Assembly: GCF_024521635.1 (NCBI RefSeq)
Contig: NW_026250404.1
Coordinates: 930,001 to 994,000 of the forward strand
Length of the DNA stretch: 64,000 nucleotides
Source of the DNA: Tricharina praecox
Taxonomy: Eukaryota
Direction of reading: 5' to 3'
Of the stretch, positions 1 to 12,569 are shown piece after piece. The notes under the pieces are model-generated. The model searched no databases, was not told the DNA's origin, and saw only the letters and a program-made list of their open reading frames with translations. The position numbers were made by a program, and so were the translations under genes. Position 1 is the stretch's first letter, and the number at the start of each line of letters is the position of its first letter.

Positions 1-1914
1 AGACCCCATGAACCAAGCAAAAGCCCACCGCAGCCGCCGCGCATTCGCCCATCATAGCAGACAAATCACAAAAGATCGACGACAACCGGGGGGCCTCAAC
101 AAGTACGAGAATGAAACCAACCTTTTGACCGAGGAAGCCCGTTCCTTTGCAGCGAATCCTTCGTTTTCTTGTCCGTCAAGCTCGTGGTTGTCGCCCGCGT
201 CCGAACCTTGGGTTGCAACCGGAAAACAGCGGGGGGTGGAGGTGGGGGGCTATCGATTCTTTATCCTTCCAGCCGCTGGCACGATAAAGAGTTGCTTCTG
301 CTGACAACTGGAGCCGCAGGACTCTAACCCAGTCTGCAGCCAATCGATTGATCTATGTGTCGCGTGTATGTGCTGTTTGCGACTTCTGGAAGGCGGATAA
401 TAGTGGCTAAATGATGAGGAGGTGAGCAATTGGCTGGGCTCCAATCTGTGGGTTTCGCTGTATATAGAGGGTGTGAAAAGGTAGGCGGGAGTTGAGGGAT
501 ATGGCGGAGGGCAGTTAAAACCCGGACTGGTTTGCGTGAGAATCTGCGGTGGTGTGGGCACTGTGCGGTGATGTAATACGCGCACGCAGATGTGCTTGGG
601 AGGCCGAGTTCTCGAAAGCGTAGAATTGACGGCGATGAGCGGAGTTACTCGTGCAGGTGTTTGCACTTCGCCGAACCGACCACCGGCAGAGGGTGGGGTG
701 GTGATAGTCGGAGGTATGTGTGTAGTACCTGGCAAGTGGCCAGTGGGCGTATGGTGATTCCGAGTCACCGTAACGAGTGAGCGAGCGAGTGACTTGGTGG
801 AGTGAATGTTCGTGCTAAACGCCGATGGGGTGGGGGGATAATACGGATCGATATCGATAGGGGCGATGGCTTGGGCGGGGGCGTCGCGGCAGTGAGCGGA
901 AGGGCGTACGGAGGAGCAATGAGTAAACAGCTTCGGCGTGGGCAAGCAAGCGGGTCCCGGGGATGGAAACGCGGATGAGAGAAGGAGGAGGAGGAGTGGA
1001 CGAACAGGAGCAAGAGCAGGAGGAAGCTCCGGTATTTTTTTCTCAGGAGGCCGCCTTCTTCGCCTCTACGGCCATGGCCAAATGCTCCAGAACACTCGCA
1101 CTAGGACCTGGGGATTGTTCCAAAGCGACCTAGATCCCACGCTTCGACACATGCAGAGCACCCTAGCGGTTGCAACATGGATGCACAATCGTCGTCGTCG
1201 TCGATGTTGCAAGTTCACGACTTCGCCCTCGACAGCACCTGCCCTGTCGTGCAGACTTTCCGAATGGCTGAGGATGATGATTCAAAGAAGCTGCAGAATA
1301 AAGAACTCCAATGAAGCCCCGAGCTTCTGGGAAGGATGGAGCCGTGGTAAAGACGGTGCGGAAAGACGGGAAACGGTATGTGTGCCGAAACATCTCCATC
1401 TATAAATTCACAGCACTTATTCGGCCACATCTGACGATTGCGACCAAAGCATAAATGCCATAGGTACATACCAGAGTAACCTTCATGTCACCGAAGCCTA
1501 TCATCACGATACGCAACACAGCGGCGTTAACCGCGGACGACGACGAAGCACATCCGTGTTGGCATTGTTGGTGTTGCAATTGTTCTCGCCGTGACTCAAC
1601 AACCAATCGAGATCATTCACTGCCAGCTGCCTCTCGAGCTCGTTCACCAGCTAGGTACTAGTACATAGCATTTCCAATTGCTCCCCCGTCAGGCACATAT
1701 GCCGTGATCGCGTCACGGGGAACCATGTGCTCGCTCCGTTCAGCCGCCGGGGTGTCCGTTCCCCGGATATCCGCCCCACGCCACAAGAAGGCGTCCGTGC
1801 GTTGGACGGACGCCGAATACCGCGGCCACGCAATCCATCCAACCACACGGCCCCCATCGCGGCCAGCTGTGAAACAGACACGTCGGATCATCGACCACGA
1901 AGAAACTGCATCTT

Positions 1915-2034
1915 CTCCGGACTCCCCAGCTAGGCGGTACTCGTCTTCCAGCGAAGACTTCTCGGGTTTCCGCTTCCTCTCCGGACTTCCCAGCTACTCG
2001 TCTTCCAGCGAAGACTCCCCGGGTTTCCGCTTCC
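1915..2034. repeat. Two-copy imperfect tandem duplication (~60 bp unit)
   Basis: The unit CTCCGGACT(C/T)CCCAGCTA...CTCGTCTTCCAGCGAAGACT..CGGGTTTCCGCTTCC starts at both 1915 and 1979. Confidence 0.85.
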
Positions 2035-5000
2035 GCTTCGACTCCCATTTCATGCAGTTGTCAGTCGATGTCCGTCTCGTTGCGAGTGTGAGGCTCCCTG
2101 TCCCCACTCTACTCCACATATGCGCATGCAGCTCCCCCTTCTACCCCCAGATCCTTTTTGTCGTCGGGTTCAAGTCGCCTGACAGTTCTCTGCACCGTCT
2201 CGACTCTCCCTCCCTCCTTCCCTTATGCACCTAAACACCCAGTGTGCCGTGCTCAAATGCATTCTCCCTACAGCAACGCACGCTCGCTCGCCAAAGATTC
2301 GGTCGTTCGCCGTTGACGACAACCCAGATGTGGCAAATCGACGCGGAACGGATGCGCTCTTCTAGAGTCCTCGCCACTTGACTACGGGGAGTGGCTAATG
2401 TAGCCTTGTCGCGCAAAAGTCGCGAGCTCAAAGTTCGGACGCCCCGGCTTTTGTTGCGGACTTACGGTGTCCCGCCGGTGGAACTGGGCACCTATGTACC
2501 CAAAGAACACATTTGCAGCATCCACGAACGCTGTACATACAGTCATCATATGTAAAAGCATCGTGATTCGTGATGGCGGGCGGGCGGAAGAACCGATTCT
2601 CCGCACATATCCATCCCATGTCGTCGCAGGGCAAATGACCCGAAAAGAAAGAAGGAAGAAAAAAAGAATTTAAGGCAAGGCACCTCTGGCACCTGGCAGT
2701 CTGGCAGGATCTTTCGGACTTTCCCCTTCGATCCTATTTTAAGATACACATCCGGTTCTCACGGTAACTACTTACGTAGCGTTACATAATCGCCATAAAG
2801 CCTTCGTAACCGCAAGTGTCGGCCAGATGCTTGTTCAGTTTCGCGTTCCGTCGTTCCATGATATTGTGTCTTGTCACCCGCACTCCGGGCCAGCATCTCG
2901 ATTCGCGGAGTCACATAACACCGCTGGCTGCGTATGTACGATGCGGGGTCCGACCTGGTCGGCTTCCAAGTTCCTGCTGGTGTCGTGTGCTCGCTCGCTC
3001 GCTCGCAGCCCAGCCCAGCCAACTCGGCACTATCTCCGGCCATGGCGGCCATTATTCTCCAGAATACCGAACTATCCTGTCCTGGCCAAACCAACAAGCT
3101 TGCGCGGGGTAGAGTACGGTAGAGCACTCTAGGTACTTCTTAGAGACGAGCGAGACACGCCTCCTTATCGCCCATCCATGAGGTTCGGTATCAACTTAAT
3201 TATTACTCGATATATCCCGCCCCCTCCCCGCCTCCCCCAACTTCAACATGTCTCCCCGCCCCTTTGCCTTCTGTCTGGCCAGTGCTTACTTTGTACTTTA
3301 TGTATGCAGGTAAATGAAGTATGTATGTACTTCTTATGTATGGCGTTTGCAGAGCTGCACGAGTACATAGCCTATCTATTTACACAGGTAGCGATGGCCA
3401 GCAAGAGGAGAAAAAAGTTTTTTTCTTCATCTACTCATCGAACCGATAACAAATACCACCTAAGGACCCCACCTCGCCATCTTGTGGCGGTCAGTTATCG
3501 CTCCTCCACGTTCCAGCTGTTTCCACCGCCGCTCCTCCACATCACCATCCTCTTCCTCAGCCAAAGCCTCAAGATAAAATCTCACCATCCGCTACTGCAC
3601 TGTGGCCACTAGATAACCAACTAGTATCCGGGCGAACCCCTAAAGTAGTTCCATGTACCCTAGTTGTCAGTGCGAATCGCGATGTGTCCAAATTAATCCG
3701 TGGCAGATTTTCGAAGCCTGAGAGTTTTGGCGGCTGGCAAAAACATGATTAAATCGAAGCGGTGCAAATCCTTTAATATATACCTACTCCGTGTTCGTCG
3801 ATTAACGGATGTCATAATATTGGGGTTCTCAGAAGCTTATTTTTGCCCTGTCGACATCGGCACTCACTCACTCGGCCACCAGAATTGTTCGGTGGGGGAT
3901 CATGGCCTCGGACATATCTATCAGTTGCGTGCTCATCACGTTCGGAGAACAAAAAGCTGGATGCTCTTTTATTGGGTTTTCAATCAGACGGCTTTGAGCT
4001 GTCGAATCACGAATCCTCAGCACCCGGATTCCGGAGCGGCCACCGGTTTCGACAACTTGAAAAACAGTGGAGATCGAGAAGGATAGGTTTGAACAGGCTT
4101 ACAATAGGTACTAATACTTGATTGATTGATTGTTCATAAAGCATGGAGATACTGATACTTGGTAGCAAATACTTCTGTGAAATCTGGCCAAAAAAGATAC
4201 GTCTCAAAGCCGGCCCCAGTTATCGCCTTTTTCTTTAATCGTCAAAACAGGTAATATCACTCGATCCGGCTGAATTTCTCCATCGAAATTTAGAGTCGAC
4301 AACTCGGTTTCCCATGTGCAATGAACGCGGTATCTAGACAGCAGACCTGCAGGCTTCTCTTCTGCGGCACACCCTCCCAAGACCGCGGCCGTAAATCTTC
4401 CTAGCCAGTGACCACCCACCAATGGAGTTTCCGTCGACCGTATGTATGTATGATCTCCACGGCTCCAGAGTCCAGCCTCCACCCACAAAGCCACGATATC
4501 AAATCGGAACCGGCTCCGTGCTCTCAACTCTGAGCCTGGATTTTCTCGCTTCAGTTGCGCTGCGTTGCGTTGCGTTGCGCTGCGTAGTCTAGCCGCGTGG
4601 TCCAAACTGCGTGGTAATTAACGCGAGTGCGCGAGGGCATCTGATCTGCAGAGTTAGCGCTCTACTTTAGCATCAGGAACCGGTGGGAATCGTGCTGCCC
4701 GCTGCATCGGTGAGGGGCGGGAGGGGGCGGGCACGAACGGATGACTACGGGAGCAGCCCCGCCCCTGAGTACTACATACGAGTACATACATTGTTCCAAC
4801 AACGTGTCCGGAATTCGTATATCCGAGTTTTTTTTTGGCTGGCGGGTTCGAGTTCAGGGGAGATCTGATCTGGCTCGCTGATCGATATAGCCATAGAATA
4901 ATCATGGCCGCTTCTCGAAAGTGACAATATCGATGATTGCTGTAGATAATGACGGGTTCGTTTTCACGACGCTCGTATGTACGATAAGATCTACTATCTA

Positions 5001-7127
5001 GATATATAGGTAGTAGAATGGACATCGATTGCGGCCGCGCATTCCGGATGCTTCACCTCCTCTCTCCATATATCTACATAACTGTCCGAATAAGTCGTTC
5101 TCGATGTCGATATTGATGACCGCGATTGATCACCATATAGTAGTATTTACCAGGAATTTGCAGGTCTGGACCGTTTATCGATGAAAGGGCTCGAGCACAC
5201 TACATGCCGAGCCTTGGTGCGTACCTCAAATTTGTACCAATAACGAACTAGATCGAGGCTGTTCCCATGTGCGGGACGTGATTGGCCAACAACGTAGAAT
5301 AGATGGAATAGACGCGGTCGCCCCTTCGTGCCGCAGCACGTAGTCACGTGTCGCTGGCCAGACGGGCTTAGGTGGCGACGGTGTGAGAATTTGTGACGCG
5401 TGCGATGGCGGACGGGCTCGAGATGGTAGGTACATACGATCTTTTTGCATGGAATCTGACATACACATTCTTTCTAGATTAAATGTCTAAGCATACACTC
5501 TTCTTTCTCCTGTTAGTATCTATTTGGAATTGCCGACGACGACAACAACGCCGCGTGAGTTTTGGTGATCAGCCGGATACATATGGTGAGAGAATCAAGT
5601 GGCCAAGGTGGGCAATCCACGACTTGACACTGTCGGAAACAGATACTGCGCATACTCCATAGAGATAGAAATCCGCTGTTGCTGTGGTTGGAAAGCTTTG
5701 GGCATAGTCCACGCGCAACCGAACGAAACGAAATCCACCAAGGCATCATGAATCATAATCTACGGCATGAAGGTCCTCGCTCGCTTCACCGAGGAGCTCA
5801 TCTGATTCAAACCGCTCTTTTAAAGATACACGCTCGCAGTGATTGACCTGTGAGCGCTCCATGGAGGCTATTGCTGGGTTTGAATCCAGATAACCTCGTG
5901 CTGAGAGAGACTTTACGGCAGCTGAGGTCTTACACCATCCAGTCCTATACCCTACGGGCTTCGTAGGGAGTGTTCGAGGTGAGCCCACAAGCAAGATCTG
6001 GAGCTTTAAGGATCCTCCCGCGTTCTGTTGTCCCTCGCACTCCATGCGTGTGTCTGCGCACGCTGGATCCCCGCTTACCGACGACTTCGTGGAGTAAGTT
6101 TAGCGGCCATATCCAGAACCGGCAGAGATATCCTGGGCAAGATCGGTTCTCTTCTGACAGCCGTTTCGATTTCCAGACTCCGGATAGTCTTGGATGGCTC
6201 ATGGTGGTCGAACTTCATGGCGTGTGTTTTGGCCGATCTGTGTGACTGCAGCGGAAGACACTTGGACAAATCTTCAAACACGGGGCACCAGAGGGAGATC
6301 GCAGGTTCAGAAACATTTGAAAGTCTACTCAAGGAGCACTATTCATTCTTGAATCCTCAGGCCCAGATTCAATGCAATCGATGCCGACGTCAGCAAGATT
6401 CCGGTGGCGATCGGCCTCTGCGCGCCTGGTGAATCTCCCATCTACTCCACACATAGTGACTTCCATCACCATCACAACTGCAATACCGGACTTCCGTAAA
6501 GCAACTGGTAATTCCACAGAAATTTGGACTGAAATTATCGGGTGATATCCTATGAATATCACGTGTAAGGCGGTAGGTAAGGTTCACTTGGAAATTGTTG
6601 GAGAAAGTCTCTTGATTCTGGTAGACTTGACGAGTAATTATTGGCCCGCTCTTATATTCGACACCGCCACTCTTGGCCGTCTTTTCAGCTCGATTTCTGC
6701 CCATCTTGAAGCACTTCGAATATTCTGGTTGCGGGCTGTCATATGCAGTAATTGTCAGCAGGAGTCCATTCCCGGCGGTTACCCGAGGCAGCTTCAGCCA
6801 ATCCCGGGCCACTCTCGGACAACTCATCCCACACCCCGCCACGAATCTCGGTCCCTACTGCGCCAAGACCTAGATCTGCTGCTCTCGTTCGCTCGCCATC
6901 CTCGACCATAGAATTCCTCCATCAGAGTCCCTTTTCCCAACAATAACATAATTAAAAACAACAAACGCCTCTGTTTCTCCACCCCCTTCCCCCCTACAGC
7001 TTATTTCTCCCTTTCTTCTACGAGGCATCTCGCGTCCCGCCTTCCCAAGCCGAAGCTACTCGTATACCAACACTCGTAGTCCCAACACCTCCCTTCACAA
7101 ACCGAATACACCCAAAGTACCTTCACG

Positions 7128-9229
7128 ATGTCGTTCCTGGGTGGCGCAGAATGTTCGACGGCCGCGAACCCGCTGGCCCAGCTCTCCAAGATCACACAGG
7201 GAGACAAATCTCTCCAACGCGATCGCTTCGAGGGCCAGCGGTCGATGGGAGCTGGCGGAAGCTTGCGATCGCGCGTAGATGGCGGGATGGGAGCTGCTGC
7301 CGACGCACAGGTATATCCCCGCCTCATCATCATCTCCTCACACCTCTCCCTCCCCCGCCGCCACCACATCGCTGTTTCCAAAACTACACAGAAGCTCACA
7401 CGCTTTCCATCTAGCTGAACGATTTTTACGCGCAACAACAACAAAATGGCGGCAATCCCTTTGTATTCGACGACATGCGACACGGCCTTGCGGACATGTC
7501 GCAAGGCGCGCAGATGCAGGGAGGACCGCAAGCGGCCTGGGCGCAGGAGTTCCCGCAACACATGGGTCCGGACGACCAAGCCCGTATGGAGGCGGCCTTC
7601 CACGCCGGGAAGGCGGGTCCGCAGTGGAATGCCGCGGAGTTCGAGAGCTTCCAGCCCGGCGCCGCGCATGCGGATCCGCGGATGGCGTCGCAGCAGCCCA
7701 TCATGCAGCAACAACAGGGGCTGAACCAGCAGGGACAGTACTTTAGACAGATTAATGGGTACAACCTTAACGCGGGTATGCCGATATACTCCGGGATGCA
7801 GCCGCAGATGCATCAGCACCACCATCCCCAGCAGATGGACCACCATGGCAAAGGGAAGGAGGCTGTGGTGGAGTTGGATGAGGAGAGATGGGAGGAGCAG
7901 TTCCGGGAGTTGGACCAAGACGCTGCATTGGATGAGGCAGCGAACAAGGCTATCGAGGCCGAGCTGAACGGCACGGAAACGATGCAGGGCGACTTCCAGG
8001 CCATCTGGGAGGGGATTCAGAAGGAGGCTAGAGAGCGCGCGGACTTGGAGACTCTGGATTGGACCAATGAGATCGACGCCGAGAGCCCGTGGAATTCCGA
8101 GAACTCGTTGACGAAGACGATACCGGGGATGGGAGTCTACCTCTTCGAGCCAGATAACCCTTACATGACCCACCAGGACCCGTACTCCGAGGGCAAGCGG
8201 CTTATGGAGACCGGCGGTAACTTGTCGCTTGCTGCCCTGGCCTTCGAGGCTGCGGTTCAACAGAACGAGAAGCATGTGGACGCCTGGACTGATCTCGGTG
8301 CCTGCCAGGCCATGAACGAGAAAGAGACCCCTGCCATTCGCGCCTACGAAGCCGCGCTGCGGCTGGACGAGGGTAAGCTGACTGCGCTGATGGGTCTGGC
8401 GGTATCCTACACCAACGAGGGCTACGACACACAGGCATACTCCTCCCTGGAGCGCTGGCTACGATCGAAATACCCCGCGATCGCCGACAAAGCGGGCCCA
8501 CCACCCGCGACTATACACGACCGACAGGCGCTCCACGATCGCGTCACCGGTCTCTTTATCGAGGCGGCTATGCTTGTGCCCGAAGGCCAAGCTATGGACG
8601 CCGACGTCCAGGTTGGGCTTGGGGTTCTGTTCTATGGCGACGAGGAATACGACAAGGCAGTTGACTGTTTCGAGGCGGCCCTCAACTCATCAGGCACCTC
8701 TACTTCCCCCGAGCACTTGCTGTGGAACCGCCTCGGTGCCACGCTCGCCAACTCCGGCCGCAGCGAAGAGGCGATCAACGCATACGAACGCGCGCTCCAG
8801 ATCAACCCCAACTTCGTACGCGCTCGCTACAACCTAGGTGTCAGCTGTATTAACATTGGCTGCTTCAAGGAGGCGGCTGAGCACCTGCTTGGTGCACTTG
8901 CCATGCACAAGGTTGCCGAGGAGAAGGCGCGTGAGGATGCACGCGCCGCTGGTGTTGAGCCCGAGCGCATCATTCACAACCAGAGCACCAACTTGTTCGA
9001 TACGCTTCGTAGGGTGTTCGGACAGATGGGTCGGCGCGACCTGGCGGATAATGTGATCAACGGCATGGAACTGGACGTATTTCGGTATGAATTCCCCTCC
9101 CCACCACCACCACCACCCACCAGCACGCCCTCATCCCCATGACCCCCCATCCTTCCCTCCAGAAAGAGGCGCCGTTGATTGGTTATTTGGATCGGTACTG
9201 ATTAGAACAGAAAGGAATTTGATTTTTGA
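7128..9229 (+). CDS. PEX5: Peroxisomal targeting signal 1 receptor. Exons 7128-7310, 7415-9084, 9211-9229.
   Basis: N-terminus MSFLGGAECSTAANPL has the conserved Cys. WxxxF motifs (WAQEF, WEEQF) and a TPR region (LWNRLGATLANSGRSEEAINAYERALQINPNFVRARYNLGVSCINIG) follow. The spliced C-terminus is FRKEFDF*. The GT-AG introns keep frame. Confidence 0.96.
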
Positions 9230-10299
9230 GCGCGATCGAGACAAGGGAGGAGAGTGGTATGACGACTGGAGCACGAAGCGTGGGAGTGGTGGTAGGGAGG
9301 GCGTAGGGGTAGAAGATGAGGATGGAGACGGCTTTAGTGATCGAGCTACGCAGGGTACCGAAGTTGATGTTGATGAGCGCGATGCGGCCATGAGAAGTCC
9401 TATTGAGGAGAAACCAGAGGAAAATGCTTTGAGGTCGCCCGGGGGGAGAGGAGCGAGTGTTAGGAGGTTTGCCTTTGGCTGCGCGGATCTGATAGATTTT
9501 TAGCTTTTCTCCTTCTGTTCTGCTTGCATGCATGTATTGCGATGACAATTGTGCAATTCCTGACGGACTCTTCGCTTTTTTGTCTCATCATCGTAGCATT
9601 TGACACGAGTATACCTATGACTGTGTATGTACAAATCCGTGTTCGTTGCCTATCAGCTCGCCGTGGGTTTCCCATTGCTCTCCGCCCGGCCCTGAAGGCT
9701 GACAGATTCTGCACTTTTGTATTTGTTTTTGTTTAATCATAGCATTCGACCTAAGTAGACCTCCAGACTCCACAGTCCGCGCCGCATATATGCGTGCTCC
9801 CTCTCCAAAAATACGCGAGTGCCTTGCCGTGAAGCCGCATCCCGTCCCAAGGCGCGCGGCTCAAAATATGTTGTGTGGAGGTGGTGGTGGCACAACAGCT
9901 GATTAAAGTTAGCGTGCGTTGGCCTGCCTGCCTGCCTGCTTCCGTTGCTTCCTTGTTCCTGCCATGACCGCTGCTGCTCGACACCACACACCCCTTGGCC
10001 GTCTTCCCGTCACCGCGCACCACCACCACCACCACCACCGGCCATCCATCCATCCATAATATAATCCGAACCTGTTTGCCTCTGCACCATCACCATAACC
10101 ATAGTCCACTTGATCTGCGGTTTCTCAAGAACGAACGAAAGCTGGACGCGTACACCACACCACACACACGGAATAGAAGATACTTATACCTGCACATCTC
10201 CACCCATTTCCGTTTGCACGCGAAACACCCACCCACCTACACACCCACGCACCAACCGTCCGTTTCCACTGCGATAGCTCCAGCAAGCACACAAACACA

Positions 10300-10878
10300 A
10301 TGACAACGCGTACCAGCTCCAAGCGACCGCTCGTCGCCGACCCCGCATCCCCCCCGGACTCGAAACGCTACAAGCCCGCGAACCTACCGGCCGACTTCTT
10401 CGCCGCCAGCTCTGCCACAGCCCCCGGTGCCCCCCACGCCGCCTCTACTACTACGAATACTACCACCCCCGAGGAAACAGGTCTCGACGCCGAGTGGGCC
10501 CGCTTCGAGGCCGAGGTCGTCGCCGAGCCGGAACTCGGAGCGGCAATCCCCTCACACGCGGTTATCTCGGCGGCACCCGTGGCTGCTACCGGAAAGGCGA
10601 AGGAGGAGAAGCCAATGGTGGAGGAAGATGTGGAGGACGGAGAGGATGAGGAGGCGCAGGAACGGCTGCTAGAGGAGTTTGAGGAGATGGAGGGGTTGGA
10701 GGAGCGAGTTAGGAAGCTGAAGGAGAGAAGGGAGGCGCTGAGGAAAGTGGGGGAGAGGGAGGGTGGGGGTATCAGGCTTGAGATGGGCCGGGAGCGGCCC
10801 CGGGCGGATGAAGGGGAGAGCAGTGGTGAAGAAAGCGATGACGAGGAGGAGGAGGAGTTTTTTCTTAGAGGGCGGTAG
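10300..10878 (+). CDS. ZNF830/CCDC16-like protein, C-terminal portion; the zinc-finger-bearing 5' part appears disrupted (see findings)
   Basis: Motifs DAEWARFEAEV, AVISAAP, EEFEEMEGLEERVRKLKERREALR and an acidic tail match my recollection of fungal ZNF830-like proteins. Confidence 0.65.
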   Translation: MTTRTSSKRPLVADPASPPDSKRYKPANLPADFFAASSATAPGAPHAASTTTNTTTPEETGLDAEWARFEAEVVAEPELGAAIPSHAVISAAPVAATGKAKEEKPMVEEDVEDGEDEEAQERLLEEFEEMEGLEERVRKLKERREALRKVGEREGGGIRLEMGRERPRADEGESSGEESDDEEEEEFFLRGR

Positions 10879-11030
10879 TGGTGGGGGTTACGCTGCGACC
10901 GTTATTTGATGCATCATACTGGCTGGGTGGCATATATAGAGGACTCGAACCGACAAACGCATTTGCAATTCAAGCACGCTTAGATTTTCTTGCTTTCGTC
11001 GCCACAGCCCTCCGTGAGTGACATGTTCCA

Positions 11031-11531
11031 TCAAAACTCCGCAAGATCCCTCTCCCACGCGTACCCCATCTTCTCTATCAGCACCTTATGCCTCGCCCTC
11101 GCGGTACGCAGCACAAACCAGCACAATCCCCAGGGCGCACTCAACACCTCAAAGACCTCATGCACGGTACTCTCGCCCGTCGCCTGCTTAACAACCCACG
11201 TGCTCCTAGTCCTAGTAGTCAACCCCAACCCGCCCGCCTCCACATCCATCACCACCCCATCGGCCGTATCTCGCACCAGTGCGATCGCCGTGGCAGTGAT
11301 GTGGAACAGCCCGAAGAACACCGGGATGCGGTTCGTCAGCGTCCACATGTCGGGCGCGGACGAAGACCGCGTGAACCCGCTGATGTCCGGGTTTATGCCG
11401 AATACGTGCGGAGGGTGCTGCAGGAAGTTGAGGATGTGCGATGAGGTGAGCGGGAGCGTGATCGATGTCGTTAAGGACGCGCCCGTTGGGGACCGCTGCT
11501 GCGTCGCTGTCGCGCGAGGTAGAGGTACCAT
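11031..11531 (-). CDS. Hypothetical 166-aa protein, possibly a fungal START/polyketide-cyclase-like fold
   Basis: ATG-initiated ORF with coding-like codon usage and globular composition (HILNFLQHPPHVFGINP...WTLTNRIPVF). The fold assignment is a guess. Confidence 0.6.
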   Translation of the reverse strand: MVPLPRATATQQRSPTGASLTTSITLPLTSSHILNFLQHPPHVFGINPDISGFTRSSSAPDMWTLTNRIPVFFGLFHITATAIALVRDTADGVVMDVEAGGLGLTTRTRSTWVVKQATGESTVHEVFEVLSAPWGLCWFVLRTARARHKVLIEKMGYAWERDLAEF

Positions 11532-12569
11532 AGTATATGTAGTAAGTGATGGAGAGCTGTTGGGTGCTTGTTGTTTGTTGCTTGTTGCTGGGGTGCGTGG
11601 AGCTTGTTAGCTACTGGTTAAGCTTATCCGGCTGGCGGTGCACTAGACGATGTAGCAAAATCGTGGACACGCTAAGATCATCAGCCACAGCTGCCTCATC
11701 AGCCACCTCCCCTCCCGTATCCTGGTGATCTCGGCCAACATCAACACCCGTTGACCGATACCCTACATACACCCGGACACTTCTCAACTGCGCCACATGC
11801 TTCATTTCTATAGTTTCTCTCGTTGTGTTATAACGACGAGTGGCTTTGAATGGGGGTTTCGATGTGGTCGGTGTGGCTGATGACCTCCTGCAGAGTTCGT
11901 ATGCATGCGATAGATATCACTCGGTTATATTTCCCAAGATACATATTAAGCGCACTTTTGTGCGCCTGGACTGCGAGACAGCACATTCGGCGTCACAGGT
12001 CGAATACGACTTGCAGCGGGCGGCTCCGATAGCCACGTACAACGTAGAGTACGTACAATGTATCACTCGGCCTCCATCGAGCCCACTAGGTACCTACACT
12101 TTGATTTGGATAGGTATCTCGGTGATGGCGTTCTTATTCGCGATTCATGGCAGGTCGAAGGTGACGTAAGAAGGAGGGCTCGAAGGAGGGCTCGAAGGAG
12201 GGCGAAGAGCGGAAATGATAAACGACAGAAACCAATCGGTGGACCACGCGCAGTGATACTCGATCCCCTCGCCCCATGCGAGCACTGGAGGGTCAATACC
12301 ATCTCGGCGGTTCTCGCGCTTTTAGCAGCGCCTATGCTTTACTCTAGGACTCCAATATCTCCGGATCAGGCTTCGGCGCTTCGCTTCCAGCTCGGCACGG
12401 CGAAATGGGAGTCCTGTCCGATAGCGAATCGCTATGCTGGGCTATGTATTTATCTACCATGGTCCAGTCCCAACATAGTACGGGGGTCGTTTCTCCCTGC
12501 ATACATGGCTCTGCTGCTGTTATTGGCATTCGTTCTTGGAATACTGAACAGACATAACAAAAAGTTGTA

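Noticed and set aside
1..1020. Possible 5' leader or first exons of a minus-strand gene beyond the left edge (C/T-rich tracts, donor-like AAG|GTTGGT near 120)
   Set aside because: No recognisable protein or reliable start codon within the window.
1740..2048. Minus-strand ORF containing FGVRPTHG, reminiscent of the amidase signature region
   Set aside because: The preceding GGS-x-R-x-P-A motif and the rest of the domain are missing; likely chance.
4838..4862. GGTTCGAGT, resembling a tRNA T-loop/B-box
   Set aside because: No cloverleaf or acceptor stem can be built around it.
5500..6910. Minus-strand stretch divergent from PEX5 with intron-like signals (6782-6736, 6078-6025) and short ORFs
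   Set aside because: Splicing these yields early stops and no family motif; at most a decayed orphan gene.
7001..8275. Long antisense ORFs here and over the CBM48, SPB4, MAK16, SEC14, ubiquitin and RhoGEF genes
   Set aside because: Shadow ORFs expected from GC-rich codon bias on the real coding strand.
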